Of a stretch of 64,000 nt of DNA, positions 40,336 through 54,829 are shown piece after piece. The first letter of the stretch is position 1. Each line of letters opens with the position of its first letter. The notes below the pieces were generated by a model. That model had not been told where the DNA came from. It made no database searches and was given only the letters and a program-made list of their open reading frames with translations. Source of the DNA: Thalia democratica (Eukaryota); the NCBI GenBank assembly GCA_965202585.1, contig OZ241834.1, forward strand, positions 25,854,001 to 25,918,000, read 5' to 3'. A program made the translations under genes and the position numbers.

Positions 40336-43300
40336 ACGCTAAAAACCGGTCCTTTTTAGGACCACCATTTGAATAGAACCAGCTGTTCATGTTTACTTAA
40401 AGTACAAGAATATAAGCTTAGTACAAATAAATTCTTATTTGTGTAAATTAAAAACTCATATACTTGAATGAACACACTTTTTTTTTTGTTTCAAATACTT
40501 TATAAACTTGTAACTCGTTATATTGTAGAAAAAGCATTGCATTAGTCTAAAAACAGTAGTAGTGCTTGTAATCAAATAGTTTGTAAAAGATGTTCAACTA
40601 ACTTGATTTCGTTGTCCGTAAGATTTTTCATCTGAATACTTTTTGTACAAAACACTTGTTTTTATTCATTTGCTGAAGTTCTGTTGAAACATTCAATAAA
40701 TAAGTGCTTACAAAAATGTATATCACTTATAACATGCAAAAACTTAGTTGTAACTTTATTTTAAGTTGTTGTTGATTATTAGTAACACAACCGAGCTTTA
40801 ACTTTTTAAACGAGTTGTTCTTATCAATTTAACTGCAATTGAAGCCATGTAACACGTTTTAAAAAGTTACGAATACATAAATGAATACAAAAATGGCTGT
40901 TCAAAACAAAAAATTACAGATGTGTTTTGCAAGTAAAATAACATATTCCTTCTTTCAAAGCTAACTTCTGTTTGGCATATTCAAGAAACATTTTCAATTC
41001 AAAACATAAACACACAAAACAAACCAGCTCATTAGTTGAAACTTGGTAAAACACAAAAAAAGTAACTGCTTGTACTTCTTTAAGTAAGTAATTTATTATT
41101 CTAGTTTTCAAAGTAAAAGATACTTGTTTTAACTAGATATGAGACAACTTACTGACCTTTAACAACTCTAGTAGTTTGTTGAAAGTTATGTTTCTACATA
41201 TCTAAAGTAATCAGGACCACCAGTTGATTTAAGCAGCTACTAATGTCGAGTAAACAGTGTCAAACAAGCTTAAACTAAGCGACAAAAAAATGTACAAATT
41301 TATATCTACATTGTGCGTGTTGGTAAAAAGTAACAGTTAGTGTGTTTCAATAACTTCTAAATAAACTTTCTAAAACTGAATTTCTCTGTTTTTATTTCTA
41401 CTAGTTAGTTACACTTACTTTAGTTTTTGTAGTTCTACTTGACATTTTAAACTACTTTTGATAATGTAGAATAAGTTTTTCTGATTCACTAGTATTTAAA
41501 TGTTAGGTAAAAATGTTTTTCAATGGGAATTTTCTTGTTTAACTTATTGTTTAAACAAAACTTTTTCTAGTTCATTTTACTTTGTAAACTTGTTTTTCAA
41601 ACACTCAATAGATATTTGTTGTTAGTTTAATAAAAAAATCAACCTGTCACTAAATAAAAATTTATGCTTAAATAAGACATTATATTATATTTACTTTGCG
41701 TTGATACTAAAAATGCTCAATGATATTTATTTAAGGTCTGATTGTCAAATAAGTATTAGTTTTATTTATCAGAATGCAAATGAAACAATAAAAAACTGTT
41801 TAAAAGTTGAACAGTAATGTAAACAACAGTGATTGTTTAAAACAAACATACAATTGAAATAATCTTTCTGCTTACAAAGCTCAAACTTGTTTTGTTGAAC
41901 TCATTTTTTCTGTGGCAATGACAAATAACGACATGATTCCAAGGTAAAAATGGAACAGCTTGTTACCATTTTTTGTAACTCTTTTTTAAACTATGTATGA
42001 GACAACTCAAAACGACGATACTTGTTTGTTTTAAGCTATGTACTTTTTGAATCTAAAGATTAGGTGGATCACCAATTAAATACACAAGCTACTAATGACT
42101 ACTAAACTCAACAACACAAATACACACACTTAATCAACTTTGTGGTGAAAAAGAATCAAAAAACTATTTCCCTCGAAACTATAAACCCATTATTTATTAA
42201 ATACCTAGCTTGCTACAATTTCTCTACTATACTTTTTTTATGCAACTGTTAAGAAGGGAACTCTAGCTAGATAACTGCTCTAATCCTTACTTTATTGCTT
42301 ACTATTATCGAATGCTTAGTGAAAAGCTTTAACTAACTTGAGTGTCTTTTTCGTGGCCTTTTAACTTTCTTTTCCAAATAAAACTTATTCTTATTCATGC
42401 TTACTTTGTGGACATTTTTTAATTCAATATTTCATTTGTTTTTTAGTTTATTAAAAAAAACTGTGCCTACGTCACTGTAAAAACTATTTGTATTTTTCAA
42501 TGAAAATAGTACGCTTAAACAGAAATAAAAATAAAACTTTGACTTATTAACTGAAAACGTTTTAAATTGTTAATAACAAACAATGTTTAGTGTCCTTAAA
42601 AAATACTGTTCAATTACAATTAAACTACAACTGAAACATGCTTAACAATTCAAAACTGGTGTAACACATAAATGTAAACAACATCGTTTGTTCAAAAGAA
42701 AGAGAACTTTATTAACAAGTACACAATTTACAAAACAAAATACCTTAATAAAATGATGAACTTGTATAAATAAATCTTTTATTTTACAAAGCTTACATCT
42801 ACTTACTTAATTTAAGCTTTCTAATCTTGTCAAGCATATGAAATAAACCAATTGATTAGCTGAAACATGGTACAAAGAAAAGAAGTAAAAAACTTGTTAC
42901 CACTTGTTAGTTACCCTTATGTACGCTATAAATAAGAAAACTAAAATTACTGTAACTTGTTGCTTTAAGCTGTGTAGTTTTTATAAATCTAAAGAAGAAG
43001 AAAAATTGGACAAAGCAAGACAAAAACTTTTTTAGCCTTCATTTTTTTACAGCTTATTATGTGATAGTACAAGTTCCATAATAGGCAAACAACAATGTAA
43101 AACTTTGAATCAAGCAAAGACTTTGTTTTATATGGTCTATAATTGAATAAGATAACAGTTACTTTGTTTCAAGTTTATATGTTATTGCTACAACAGCTAG
43201 TTCTTAACGACATGCGAGAATAAAATGCAACTTATCCTAAGCTGTGTTTTTAACTACATTAACAGTAAGTTAGAGATAACTAGTTACGAATTTTGAAAAG

Positions 43301-44836
43301 CAAAACATTTAGTCAATGAAATCAATGGTAAAAGAACATTATGATTAATCTAGGTTGAGTAAACTAGGAAATCACTATTAGCAGTAAAGCAGTTAAAACA
43401 CATGTTTAACTTGGTAAACACTTCAATCGTAAACTTTAAAAAACAGTACTGTTGTTGTTTCAAAATATGTGTCAAGAAAGTAGTAAGTTGTTCTATGTTG
43501 TTTCGACTGACTTTAAAACTTTATGAGAAGTGACAAAACAAAGTTTGAAAAAAAAACTTAGTTGCATTATTTCCAGTTTAAAAGTTTCAAAGATAGATTG
43601 AAAGGTTATGAGTGCTGATTGTAAACAAAGCTTTATTCAAACACTAAGTTTGTCAATCTTATTTCAAAACTTTTTCATTTCGATTTTCTTACTCGATTTT
43701 ATTTTGTATATAATGCTGCTTAAAAAATAAACCAACCTCTTTTTTTACGTACAATTTTTCATCCAAAAGATATCAGCTTTTGTTTAAGTTCAAATTTAGT
43801 GCTAGTGTTCATAAGCTTTTTCGACTTATTTACTTCTTTGAATTTAATTAACTTTATTTTGTTTGAAAAATTTACAACCAAATCCATTTGTTCACTTTTA
43901 TCAGCACACTTTATTCGGTTGAAATCTGCAAAGTTAAAGTTCTTAGTTTGATCAAAGTTTAAGTTTAACGAGCAAAATTGCATCAGTTATTTTTTAAACT
44001 GTATAACAGCTTGAATCAGTTGTTTGAAACACTAATCGAATGTTAAACTACTTACCTGTTAAACTAGTTTTTCATATACACTGAAAAATAAAATTTGTGT
44101 TTAAATGTAGTTTACAACTTTAAACACGTATCATCATAGTTACTGTACAGCACGTTTTTGAAAGGTTGTTTGGAAAACATTGTTGTAAGGTAAGTTACTA
44201 GTATGTGCAAGAACAAAGTTATCTAGTTGTCTGTTTAATAAAAGGTTTGAGTACATTGCTTATGAGTAATCATAACTAGTAAAGCTAAACAAAATGAACT
44301 CTTTTATTCTTTTGGAATTACTTTTTACACATTAGTTTAAACTGTAATTAACTTGAACATACTTGATAGAACTTACGATTAACAAAACTCCATGAAATCG
44401 ATATAATGAAATTTTGTTTAAGTTTGAGGTAAAAAAAAAACCTTGTGCTTTGTTAAAACTTTATTACTTTAGGTGAGCGGCAAAGGAAAACTCAGTCGGC
44501 AGTGTGTTAACATGTTTTGTTTCATTTATGTTTTTCTTAATGTATTTAGAGGTGTGCTGTAAGATACAGGCTGTTATTTCTGGACTTTTCAAACTAATCC
44601 TTTAAAAAAAATTACTTTTAGAACAAGTTAGATATGGTTTCTTTCTTACTGGAACTTTTTCAACATTCGTAATAAGACGACTAAGTTTTTATAAGCATAT
44701 ATGTCTTAAACAAACATGCTAATGCTTATATTAAGAAGTAAAAGGTACCTTGCAAAGCATAACTGCTCAACAGTCAATTCGTCACAGTCAGTAACTCTTG
44801 CAAGTATCGTTTTGGTGGCTTTAATATTCATTCATC

Positions 44837-45397
44837 ATGTCTACCACAGCAGTAGCAGCAGTACCAGCGCCAGCCGCAGCCAGGTCTTCCAAGAGACCAA
44901 GCGCCAAGAAGGCAGAGCACCCTACTTACAGGGAAATGATTAGCTCTGCCCTTGGAGCAATGAAGGAACGAAAAGGTACATCCCGCCAGAAGATACAAAA
45001 GTTTATCGCGGACACCTACAAGCTTGACCTCACAGCTTCCAATTCTCACTTGAAGAGAGCACTTACCAGCGGCGTGACCAAAGGTGCTTTTCTCCAGACA
45101 ACTGGAAAAGGCGCTTCTGGCTCGTTCAAGCTTGCTCCAATGCCAGCTGCTGGGCCCAAGAAGAGGACAAAGAAAGTAGCTAAAAAGCCAGCAGCAAAGA
45201 AGGCCCCAGCTAAAAAACCAAAAAAGAAGTGTGCTCCCAAGAAGGCTGCAAAAAAACCAGCAGCCAAAAAGCGACCTGCTAAAAAGTGCGCTCCTAAGAA
45301 GGCAGCATCTAAAAAAGCTGCAAGCAAGAAGAAGAAAGTAACCAAGAAGAAGCCGGCAGCCAAAAAAGCATCCAAGAAGAAGAGCTGCAAAAAATAA
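44837..45397 (+). CDS. H1: Histone H1, copy 6 (186 aa)
   Basis: Same protein as copies 3-4. Confidence 0.96.
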   Translation: MSTTAVAAVPAPAAARSSKRPSAKKAEHPTYREMISSALGAMKERKGTSRQKIQKFIADTYKLDLTASNSHLKRALTSGVTKGAFLQTTGKGASGSFKLAPMPAAGPKKRTKKVAKKPAAKKAPAKKPKKKCAPKKAAKKPAAKKRPAKKCAPKKAASKKAASKKKKVTKKKPAAKKASKKKSCKK

Positions 45398-45497
45398 GTT
45401 GTTCTTTTACCCAAGGTCCTTTTCAGGACCACTCAAACAAAATATAACGTAACTCAAAATGCATAAAACAATGCTAAGTTGAAAATATGCAAATTAG

Positions 45498-45989
<492 letters not shown>

Positions 45990-46141
45990 GCGTTAGCTAA
46001 AACCGGTCCTTTTCAGGGCCACCTTAAAACTTTGACAGTGAGAAAAACTTAACCGAACGAAAAAATGTAAGTTAAGAGACTTTTTTGAGTATGCAAATTA
46101 GTTAGTAGTAACCGTACGCGTCCGTAACAGCTTGTATATAA

Positions 46142-46489
<348 letters not shown>

Positions 46490-46671
46490 TCGCTTTTAGC
46501 AAACCCGGTCCTTTTTAGGACCACATAATTCAATATAAAAGTTTTACAACATTCTTGACAAGATTAAGTATTAGCTATCTGATATGCAAATTAGTTTTTC
46601 GTTCGACGCGGTTAGGTATGAGTTGTATATGGAGCTGTGCAAGCTATCATCACAATCATTCGAACAACAAA

Positions 46672-47052
46672 ATGTCAGGACGTGGTAAAGGATCAAAACT
46701 CAAATCTAAGCCGAAGAGCAGGTCTTCCCGTGCAGGACTGCAGTTTCCAGTCGGTCGCGTGCACCGCCTGTTGCGCACCGGCAACTACAGCCAAAGAGTC
46801 GGAGCTGGTGCTCCAGTTTATCTGGCTGCCGTTCTCGAGTACTTGAGCGCAGAAGTGCTCGAGCTTGCCGGTAACGCTGCTCGTGACAACAAGAAAAGCA
46901 GGATCATTCCTCGCCATTTGCAACTAGCTATTCGCAACGACGAAGAGTTGAACAAACTTCTCGGCGGCGTCACAATTGCTCAAGGTGGTGTTCTTCCAAA
47001 CATCCAGGCAGTACTATTGCCTAAGAAGACCGCTTCAAAAAAGTCAGCCTAA
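46672..47052 (+). CDS. H2A: Histone H2A, copy 6
   Basis: Same protein from MSGRGK. Confidence 0.97.
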   Translation: MSGRGKGSKLKSKPKSRSSRAGLQFPVGRVHRLLRTGNYSQRVGAGAPVYLAAVLEYLSAEVLELAGNAARDNKKSRIIPRHLQLAIRNDEELNKLLGGVTIAQGGVLPNIQAVLLPKKTASKKSA

Positions 47053-47216
47053 GTTAAAAAAAACCAGGTCCTTTTCAGGACCACCAAAAATATTTACAAC
47101 AAACGAGAGAATTGTGAAGTGAGAGAAACCAGCTATCGTTCGCGTACGGAACTATGCTAATTTGCATAATTTTTCAGGATATAAACTGGCGCCGAGACAG
47201 AAGTCCACGCATCATC

Positions 47217-47576
47217 ATGACAGCAACCAAAGGCGCGAAGAAGTCAGTAGCCAAGACCGCTCCGGTCGACGGCAAGAAGAAGCGAAGGAGGAGGAACAAA
47301 GAAAGCTTTGGCATCTACGTGTACAAAGTTTTGAAGCAAGTGCACCCCGACACCGGAATTTCCAGCAAGGCAATGGGAATCATGAACTCATTTGTCAACG
47401 ACATCTTCGAGCGCATTGCAGCAGAGGCTTCACGTTTGGCTCATTACAACAAGAGGTCAACTGTTAGCAGCCGCGAAATTCAAACTGCTGTCAGGCTCTT
47501 GCTCCCCGGCGAGTTGTCAAAGCACGCAGTTTCAGAAGGAACTAAAGCTGTTACCAAATACACCAGCTCAAAATAA
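47217..47576 (+). CDS. H2B: Histone H2B, copy 6
   Basis: Same protein from MTATKG. Confidence 0.96.
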   Translation: MTATKGAKKSVAKTAPVDGKKKRRRRNKESFGIYVYKVLKQVHPDTGISSKAMGIMNSFVNDIFERIAAEASRLAHYNKRSTVSSREIQTAVRLLLPGELSKHAVSEGTKAVTKYTSSK

Positions 47577-50500
47577 ACGCTAAACAACCGGTCCTTTTTA
47601 GGACCACCATTTGAATAGAACCAGCTGTTCATGTTTACTTAAAGTACAAGAATATAAGCTTAGTACAAATAAATTCTTATTTGTGTAAATTAAAAACTCA
47701 TATACTTGAATGAACACACTTTTTTTTTTGTTTCAAATACTTTATAAACTTGTAACTCGTTATATTGTAGAAAAAGCATTGCATTAGTCTAAAAACAGTA
47801 GTAGTGCTTGTAATCAAATAGTTTGTAAAAGATGTTCAACTAACTTGATTTCGTTGTCCGTAAGATTTTTCATCTGAATACTTTTTGTACAAAACACTTG
47901 TTTTTATTCATTTGCTGAAGTTCTGTTGAAACATTCAATAAATAAGTGCTTACAAAAATGTATATCACTTATAACATGCAAAAACTTAGTTGTAACTTTA
48001 TTTTAAGTTGTTGTTGATTATTAGTAACACAACCGAGCTTTAACTTTTTAAACGAGTTGTTCTTATCAATTTAACTGCAATTGAAGCCATGTAACACGTT
48101 TTAAAAAGTTACGAATACATAAATGAATACAAAAATGGCTGTTCAAAACAAAAAATTACAGATGTGTTTTGCAAGTAAAATAACATATTCCTTCTTTCAA
48201 AGCTAACTTCTGTTTGGCATATTCAAGAAACATTTTCAATTCAAAACATAAACACACAAAACAAACCAGCTCATTAGTTGAAACTTGGTAAAACACAAAA
48301 AAAGTAACTGCTTGTACTTCTTTAAGTAAGTAATTTATTATTCTAGTTTTCAAAGTAAAAGGTACTTGTTTTAACTAGATATGAGACAACTTAATGACCT
48401 TTAACAACTCTAGTAGTTTGTTGAAAGTTATGTTTCTACATATCTAAAGTAATCAGGACCACCAGTTGATTTGAGCAGCTACTAATGTCGAGTAAACAGT
48501 GTCAAACAAGCTTAAACTAAGCGACAAAAAATGTACAAATTTATATCTACATTGTGCGTGTTGGTAAAAAGTAACAGTTAGTGTGTTTCAATAACTTCTA
48601 AATAAACTTTCTAAAACTGAATTTCTCTGTTTTTATTTCTACTAGTTAGTTACACTTACTTTAGTTTTTGTAGTTCTACTTGACATTTTAAACTACTTTT
48701 GATAATGTAGAATAAGTTTTTCTGATTCACTAGTATTTAAATGTTAGGTAAAAATGTTTTTCAATGGGAATTTTCTTGTTTAACTTATTGTTTAAACAAA
48801 ACTTTTTCTAGTTCATTTTACTTTGTAAACTTGTTTTTCAAACACTCAATAGATATTTGTTGTTAGTTTAATAAAAAAATCAACCTGTCACTAAATAAAA
48901 ATTTATGCTTAAATAAGACATTATATTATATTTACTTTGCGTTGATACTAAAAATGCTCAATGATATTTATTTAAGGTCTGATTGTCAAATAAGTATTAG
49001 TTTTATTTATCAGAATGCAAATGAAACAATAAAAAACTGTTTAAAAGTTGAACAGTAATGTAAACAACAGTGATTGTTTAAAACAAACATACAATTGAAA
49101 TAATCTTTCTGCTTACAAAGCTCAAACTTGTTTTGTTGAACTCATTTTTTCTGTGGCAATGACAAATAACGACATGATTCCAAGGTAAAAATGGAACAGC
49201 TTGTTACCATTTTTTGTAACTCTTTTTTAAACTATGTATGAGACAACTCAAAACGACGATACTTGTTTGTTTTAAGCTATGTACTTTTTGAATCTAAAGA
49301 TTAGGTGGATCACCAATTAAATACACAAGCTACTAATGACTACTAAACTCAACAACACAAATACACACACTTAATCAACTTTGTGGTGAAAAAGAATCAA
49401 AAAACTATTTCCCTCGAAACTATAAACCCATTATTTATTAAATACCTAGCTTGCTACAATTTCTCTACTATACTTTTTTTATGCAACTGTTAAGAAGGGA
49501 ACTCTAGCTAGATAACTGCTCTAATCCTTACTTTATTGCTTACTATTATCGAATGCTTAGTGAAAAGCTTTAACTAACTTGAGTGTCTTTTTCGTGGCCT
49601 TTTAACTTTCTTTTCCAAATAAAACTTATTCTTATTCATGCTTACTTTGTGGACATTTTTTAATTCAATATTTCATTTGTTTTTTAGTTTATTAAAAAAA
49701 ACTGTGCCTACGTCACTGTAAAAACTATTTGTATTTTTCAATGAAAATAGTACGCTTAAACAGAAATAAAAATAAAACTTTGACTTATTAACTGAAAACG
49801 TTTTAAATTGTTAATAACAAACAATGTTTAGTGTCCTTAAAAAATACTGTTCAATTACAATTAAACTACAACTGAAACATGCTTAACAATTCAAAACTGG
49901 TGTAACACATAAATGTAAACAACATCGTTTGTTCAAAAGAAAGAGAACTTTATTAACAAGTACACAATTTACAAAACAAAATACCTTAATAAAATGATGA
50001 ACTTGTATAAATAAATCTTTTATTTTACAAAGCTTACATCTACTTACTTAATTTAAGCTTTCTAATATTGTCAAGCATATGAAATAAACCAATTGATTAG
50101 CTGAAACATGGTACAAAGAAAAGAAGTAAAAAACTTGTTACCACTTGTTAGTTACCCTTATGTACGCTATAAATAAGAAAACTAAAATTACTGTAACTTG
50201 TTGCTTTAAGCTGTGTAGTTTTTATAAATCTAAAGAAGAAGAAAAATTGGACAAAGCAAGACAAAAACTTTTTTAGCCTTCATTTTTTTACAGCTTATTA
50301 TGTGATAGTACAAGTTCCATAATAGGCAAACAACAATGTAAAACTTTGAATCAAGCAAATACTTTGTTTTATATGGTCTATAATTGAATAAGATAACAGT
50401 TACTTTGTTTCAAGTTTATATGTTATTGCTACAACAGCTAGTTCTTAACGACATGCGAGAATAAAATGCAACTTATCCTAAGCTGTGTTTTTAACTACAT

Positions 50501-52077
50501 TAACAGTAAGTTAGAGATAACTAGTTACGAATTTTGAAAAGCAAAACATTTAGTCAATGAAATCAATGGTAAAAGAACATTATGATTAATCTAGGTTGAG
50601 TAAACTAGGAAATCACTATTAGCAGTAAAGCAGTTAAAACACATGTTTAACTTGGTAAACACTTCAATCGTAAACTTTAAAAAACAGTACTGTTGTTGTT
50701 TCAAAATATGTGTCAAGAAAGTAGTAAGTTGTTCTATGTTGTTTCGACTGACTTTAAAACTTTATGAGAAGTGACAAAACAAAGTTTGAAAAAAAAACTT
50801 AGTTGCATTATTTCCAGTTTAAAAGTTTCAAAGATAGATTGAAAGGTTATGAGTGCTGATTGTAAACAAAGCTTTATTCAAACACTAAGTTTGTCAATCT
50901 TATTTCAAAACTTTTTCATTTCGATTTTCTTACTCGATTTTATTTTGTATATAATGCTGCTTAAAAAATAAACCAACCTCTTTTTTTACGTACAATTTTT
51001 CATCCAAAAGATATCAGCTTTTGTTTAAGTTCAAATTTAGTGCTAGTGTTCATAAGCTTTTTCGACTTATTTACTTCTTTGAATTTAATTAACTTTATTT
51101 TGTTTGAAAAATTTACAACCAAATCCATTTGTTCACTTTTATCAGCACACTTTATTCGGTTGAAATCTGCAAAGTTAAAGTTCTTAGTTTGATCAAAGTT
51201 TAAGTTTAACGAGCAAAATTGCATCAGTTATTTTTTAAACTGTATAACAGCTTGAATCAGTTGTTTGAAACACTAATCGAATGTTAAACTACTTACCTGT
51301 TAAACTAGTTTTTCATATACACTGAAAAATAAAATTTGTGTTTAAATGTAGTTTACAACTTTAAACACGTATCATCATAGTTACTGTACAGCACGTTTTT
51401 GAAAGGTTGTTTGGAAAACATTGTTGTAAGGTAAGTTACTAGTATGTGCAAGAACAAAGTTATCTAGTTGTCTGTTTAATAAAAGGTTTGAGTACATTGC
51501 TTATGAGTAATCATAACTAGTAAAGCTAAACAAAATGAACTCTTTTATTCTTTTGGAATTACTTTTTACACATTAGTTTAAACTGTAATTAACTTGAACA
51601 TACTTGATAGAACTTACGATTAACAAAACTCCATGAAATCGATATAATGAAATTTTGTTTAAGTTTGAGGTAAAAAAAAAACCTTGTGCTTTGTTAAAAC
51701 TTTATTACTTTAGGTGAGCGGCAAAGGAAAACTCAGTCGGCAGTGTGTTAACATGTTTTGTTTCATTTATGTTTTTCTTAATGTATTTAGAGGTGTGCTG
51801 TAAGATACAGGCTGTTATTTCTGGACTTTTCAAACTAATCCTTTAAAAAAAATTACTTTTAGAACAAGTTAGATATGGTTTCTTTCTTACTGGAACTTTT
51901 TCAACATTCGTAATAAGACGACTAAGTTTTTATAAGCATATATGTCTTAAACAAACATGCTAATGCTTATATTAAGAAGTAAAAGGTACCTTGCAAAGCA
52001 TAACTGCTCAACAGTCAATTCGTCACAGTCAGTAACTCTTGCAAGTATCGTTTTGGTGGCTTTAATATTCATTCATC

Positions 52078-52608
52078 ATGTCTACCACAGCAGTAGCAGC
52101 AGTACCAGCGCCAGCCGCAGCCAGGTCTTCCAAGAGACCAAGCGCCAAGAAGGCAGAGCACCCTACTTACAGGGAAATGATTAGCTCTGCCCTTGGAGCA
52201 ATGAAGGAACGAAAAGGTACATCCCGCCAGAAGATACAAAAGTTTATCGCGGACACCTACAAGCTTGACCTCACAGCTTCCAATTCTCACTTGAAGAGAG
52301 CACTTACCAGCGGCGTGACCAAAGGTGCTTTTCTCCAGACAACTGGAAAAGGCGCTTCTGGCTCGTTCAAGCTTGCTCCAATGCCAGCTGCTGGGCCCAA
52401 GAAGAGGACAAAGAAAGTAGCTAAAAAACCAAAAAAGAAGTGTGCTCCCAAGAAGGCTGCAAAAAAACCAGCAGCCAAAAAGCGACCTGCTAAAAAGTGC
52501 GCTCCTAAGAAGGCAGCATCTAAAAAAGCTGCAAGCAAGAAGAAGAAAGTAACCAAGAAGAAGCCGGCAGCCAAAAAAGCATCCAAGAAGAAGAGCTGCA
52601 AAAAATAA
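52078..52608 (+). CDS. H1: Histone H1, copy 7 (176 aa; same 30-bp deletion as copy 5)
   Basis: Same protein as copy 5. Confidence 0.96.
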   Translation: MSTTAVAAVPAPAAARSSKRPSAKKAEHPTYREMISSALGAMKERKGTSRQKIQKFIADTYKLDLTASNSHLKRALTSGVTKGAFLQTTGKGASGSFKLAPMPAAGPKKRTKKVAKKPKKKCAPKKAAKKPAAKKRPAKKCAPKKAASKKAASKKKKVTKKKPAAKKASKKKSCKK

Positions 52609-52708
52609 GTTGTTCTTTTACCCAAGGTCCTTTTCAGGACCACTCAAACAAAATATAACGTAACTCAAAATGCATAAAACAATGCTAAGTTGAAAATATG
52701 CAAATTAG

Positions 52709-53200
<492 letters not shown>

Positions 53201-53352
53201 GCGTTAGCTAAAACCGGTCCTTTTCAGGGCCACCTTAAAACTTTGACAGTGAGAAAAACTTAACCGAACGAAAAAATGTAAGTTAAGAGACTTTTTTGAG
53301 TATGCAAATTAGTTAGTAGTAACCGTACGCGTCCGTAACAGCTTGTATATAA

Positions 53353-53700
<348 letters not shown>

Positions 53701-53882
53701 TCGCTTTTAGCAAACCCGGTCCTTTTTAGGACCACCTAATTCAATATAAAAGTTTTACAACATTCTTGACAAGATTAAGCATTAGCTATCTGATATGCAA
53801 ATTAGTTTTTCGTTCGACGCGGTTAGGTATGAGTTGTATATTGAGCTGTGCAAGCTATCATCACAATCATTCGAACAACAAA

Positions 53883-54263
53883 ATGTCAGGACGTGGTAAA
53901 GGATCAAAACTCAAATCTAAGCCGAAGAGCAGGTCTTCCCGTGCAGGACTGCAGTTTCCAGTCGGTCGCGTGCACCGCCTGTTGCGCACCGGCAACTACA
54001 GCCAAAGAGTCGGAGCTGGTGCTCCAGTTTATCTGGCTGCCGTTCTCGAGTACTTGAGCGCAGAAGTGCTCGAGCTTGCCGGTAACGCTGCTCGTGACAA
54101 CAAGAAAAGCAGGATCATTCCTCGCCATTTGCAACTAGCTATTCGCAACGACGAAGAGTTGAACAAGCTTCTCGGAGGCGTCACAATTGCTCAAGGTGGT
54201 GTTCTTCCAAACATCCAGGCAGTACTATTGCCTAAGAAGACCGCTTCAAAAAAGTCAGCCTAA
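53883..54263 (+). CDS. H2A: Histone H2A, copy 7
   Basis: Same protein from MSGRGK. Confidence 0.97.
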   Translation: MSGRGKGSKLKSKPKSRSSRAGLQFPVGRVHRLLRTGNYSQRVGAGAPVYLAAVLEYLSAEVLELAGNAARDNKKSRIIPRHLQLAIRNDEELNKLLGGVTIAQGGVLPNIQAVLLPKKTASKKSA

Positions 54264-54427
54264 GTTAAAAAAAAACCAGGTCCTTTTCAGGACCACCAAA
54301 ATATTTACAACAAACTAGAGAATTGTGAAGTGAGAGAAACCAGCTATCGTTCGCGTACGGAACTATGCTAATTTGCATAATTTTTCAGCATATAAACTGG
54401 CGCCGAGACAGAAGTCCACACATCATC

Positions 54428-54787
54428 ATGACAGCAACCAAAGGCGCGAAGAAGTCAGTAGCCAAGACCGCTCCGGTCGACGGCAAGAAGAAGCGAAGGA
54501 GGAGGAACAAAGAAAGCTTTGGCATCTACGTGTACAAAGTTTTGAAGCAAGTGCACCCCGACACCGGAATTTCCAGCAAGGCAATGGGAATCATGAACTC
54601 ATTTGTCAACGACATCTTCGAGCGCATTGCAGCAGAGGCTTCACGTTTGGCTCATTACAACAAGAGGTCAACTGTTAGCAGCCGCGAAATTCAAACTGCT
54701 GTCAGGCTCTTGCTCCCCGGCGAGTTGTCAAAGCACGCAGTTTCAGAAGGAACTAAAGCTGTTACCAAATACACCAGCTCAAAATAA
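54428..54787 (+). CDS. H2B: Histone H2B, copy 7
   Basis: Same protein from MTATKG. Confidence 0.96.
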   Translation: MTATKGAKKSVAKTAPVDGKKKRRRRNKESFGIYVYKVLKQVHPDTGISSKAMGIMNSFVNDIFERIAAEASRLAHYNKRSTVSSREIQTAVRLLLPGELSKHAVSEGTKAVTKYTSSK

Positions 54788-54829
54788 ACGCTCAACAACC
54801 GGTCCTTTTTAGGACCACCATTAGAATAG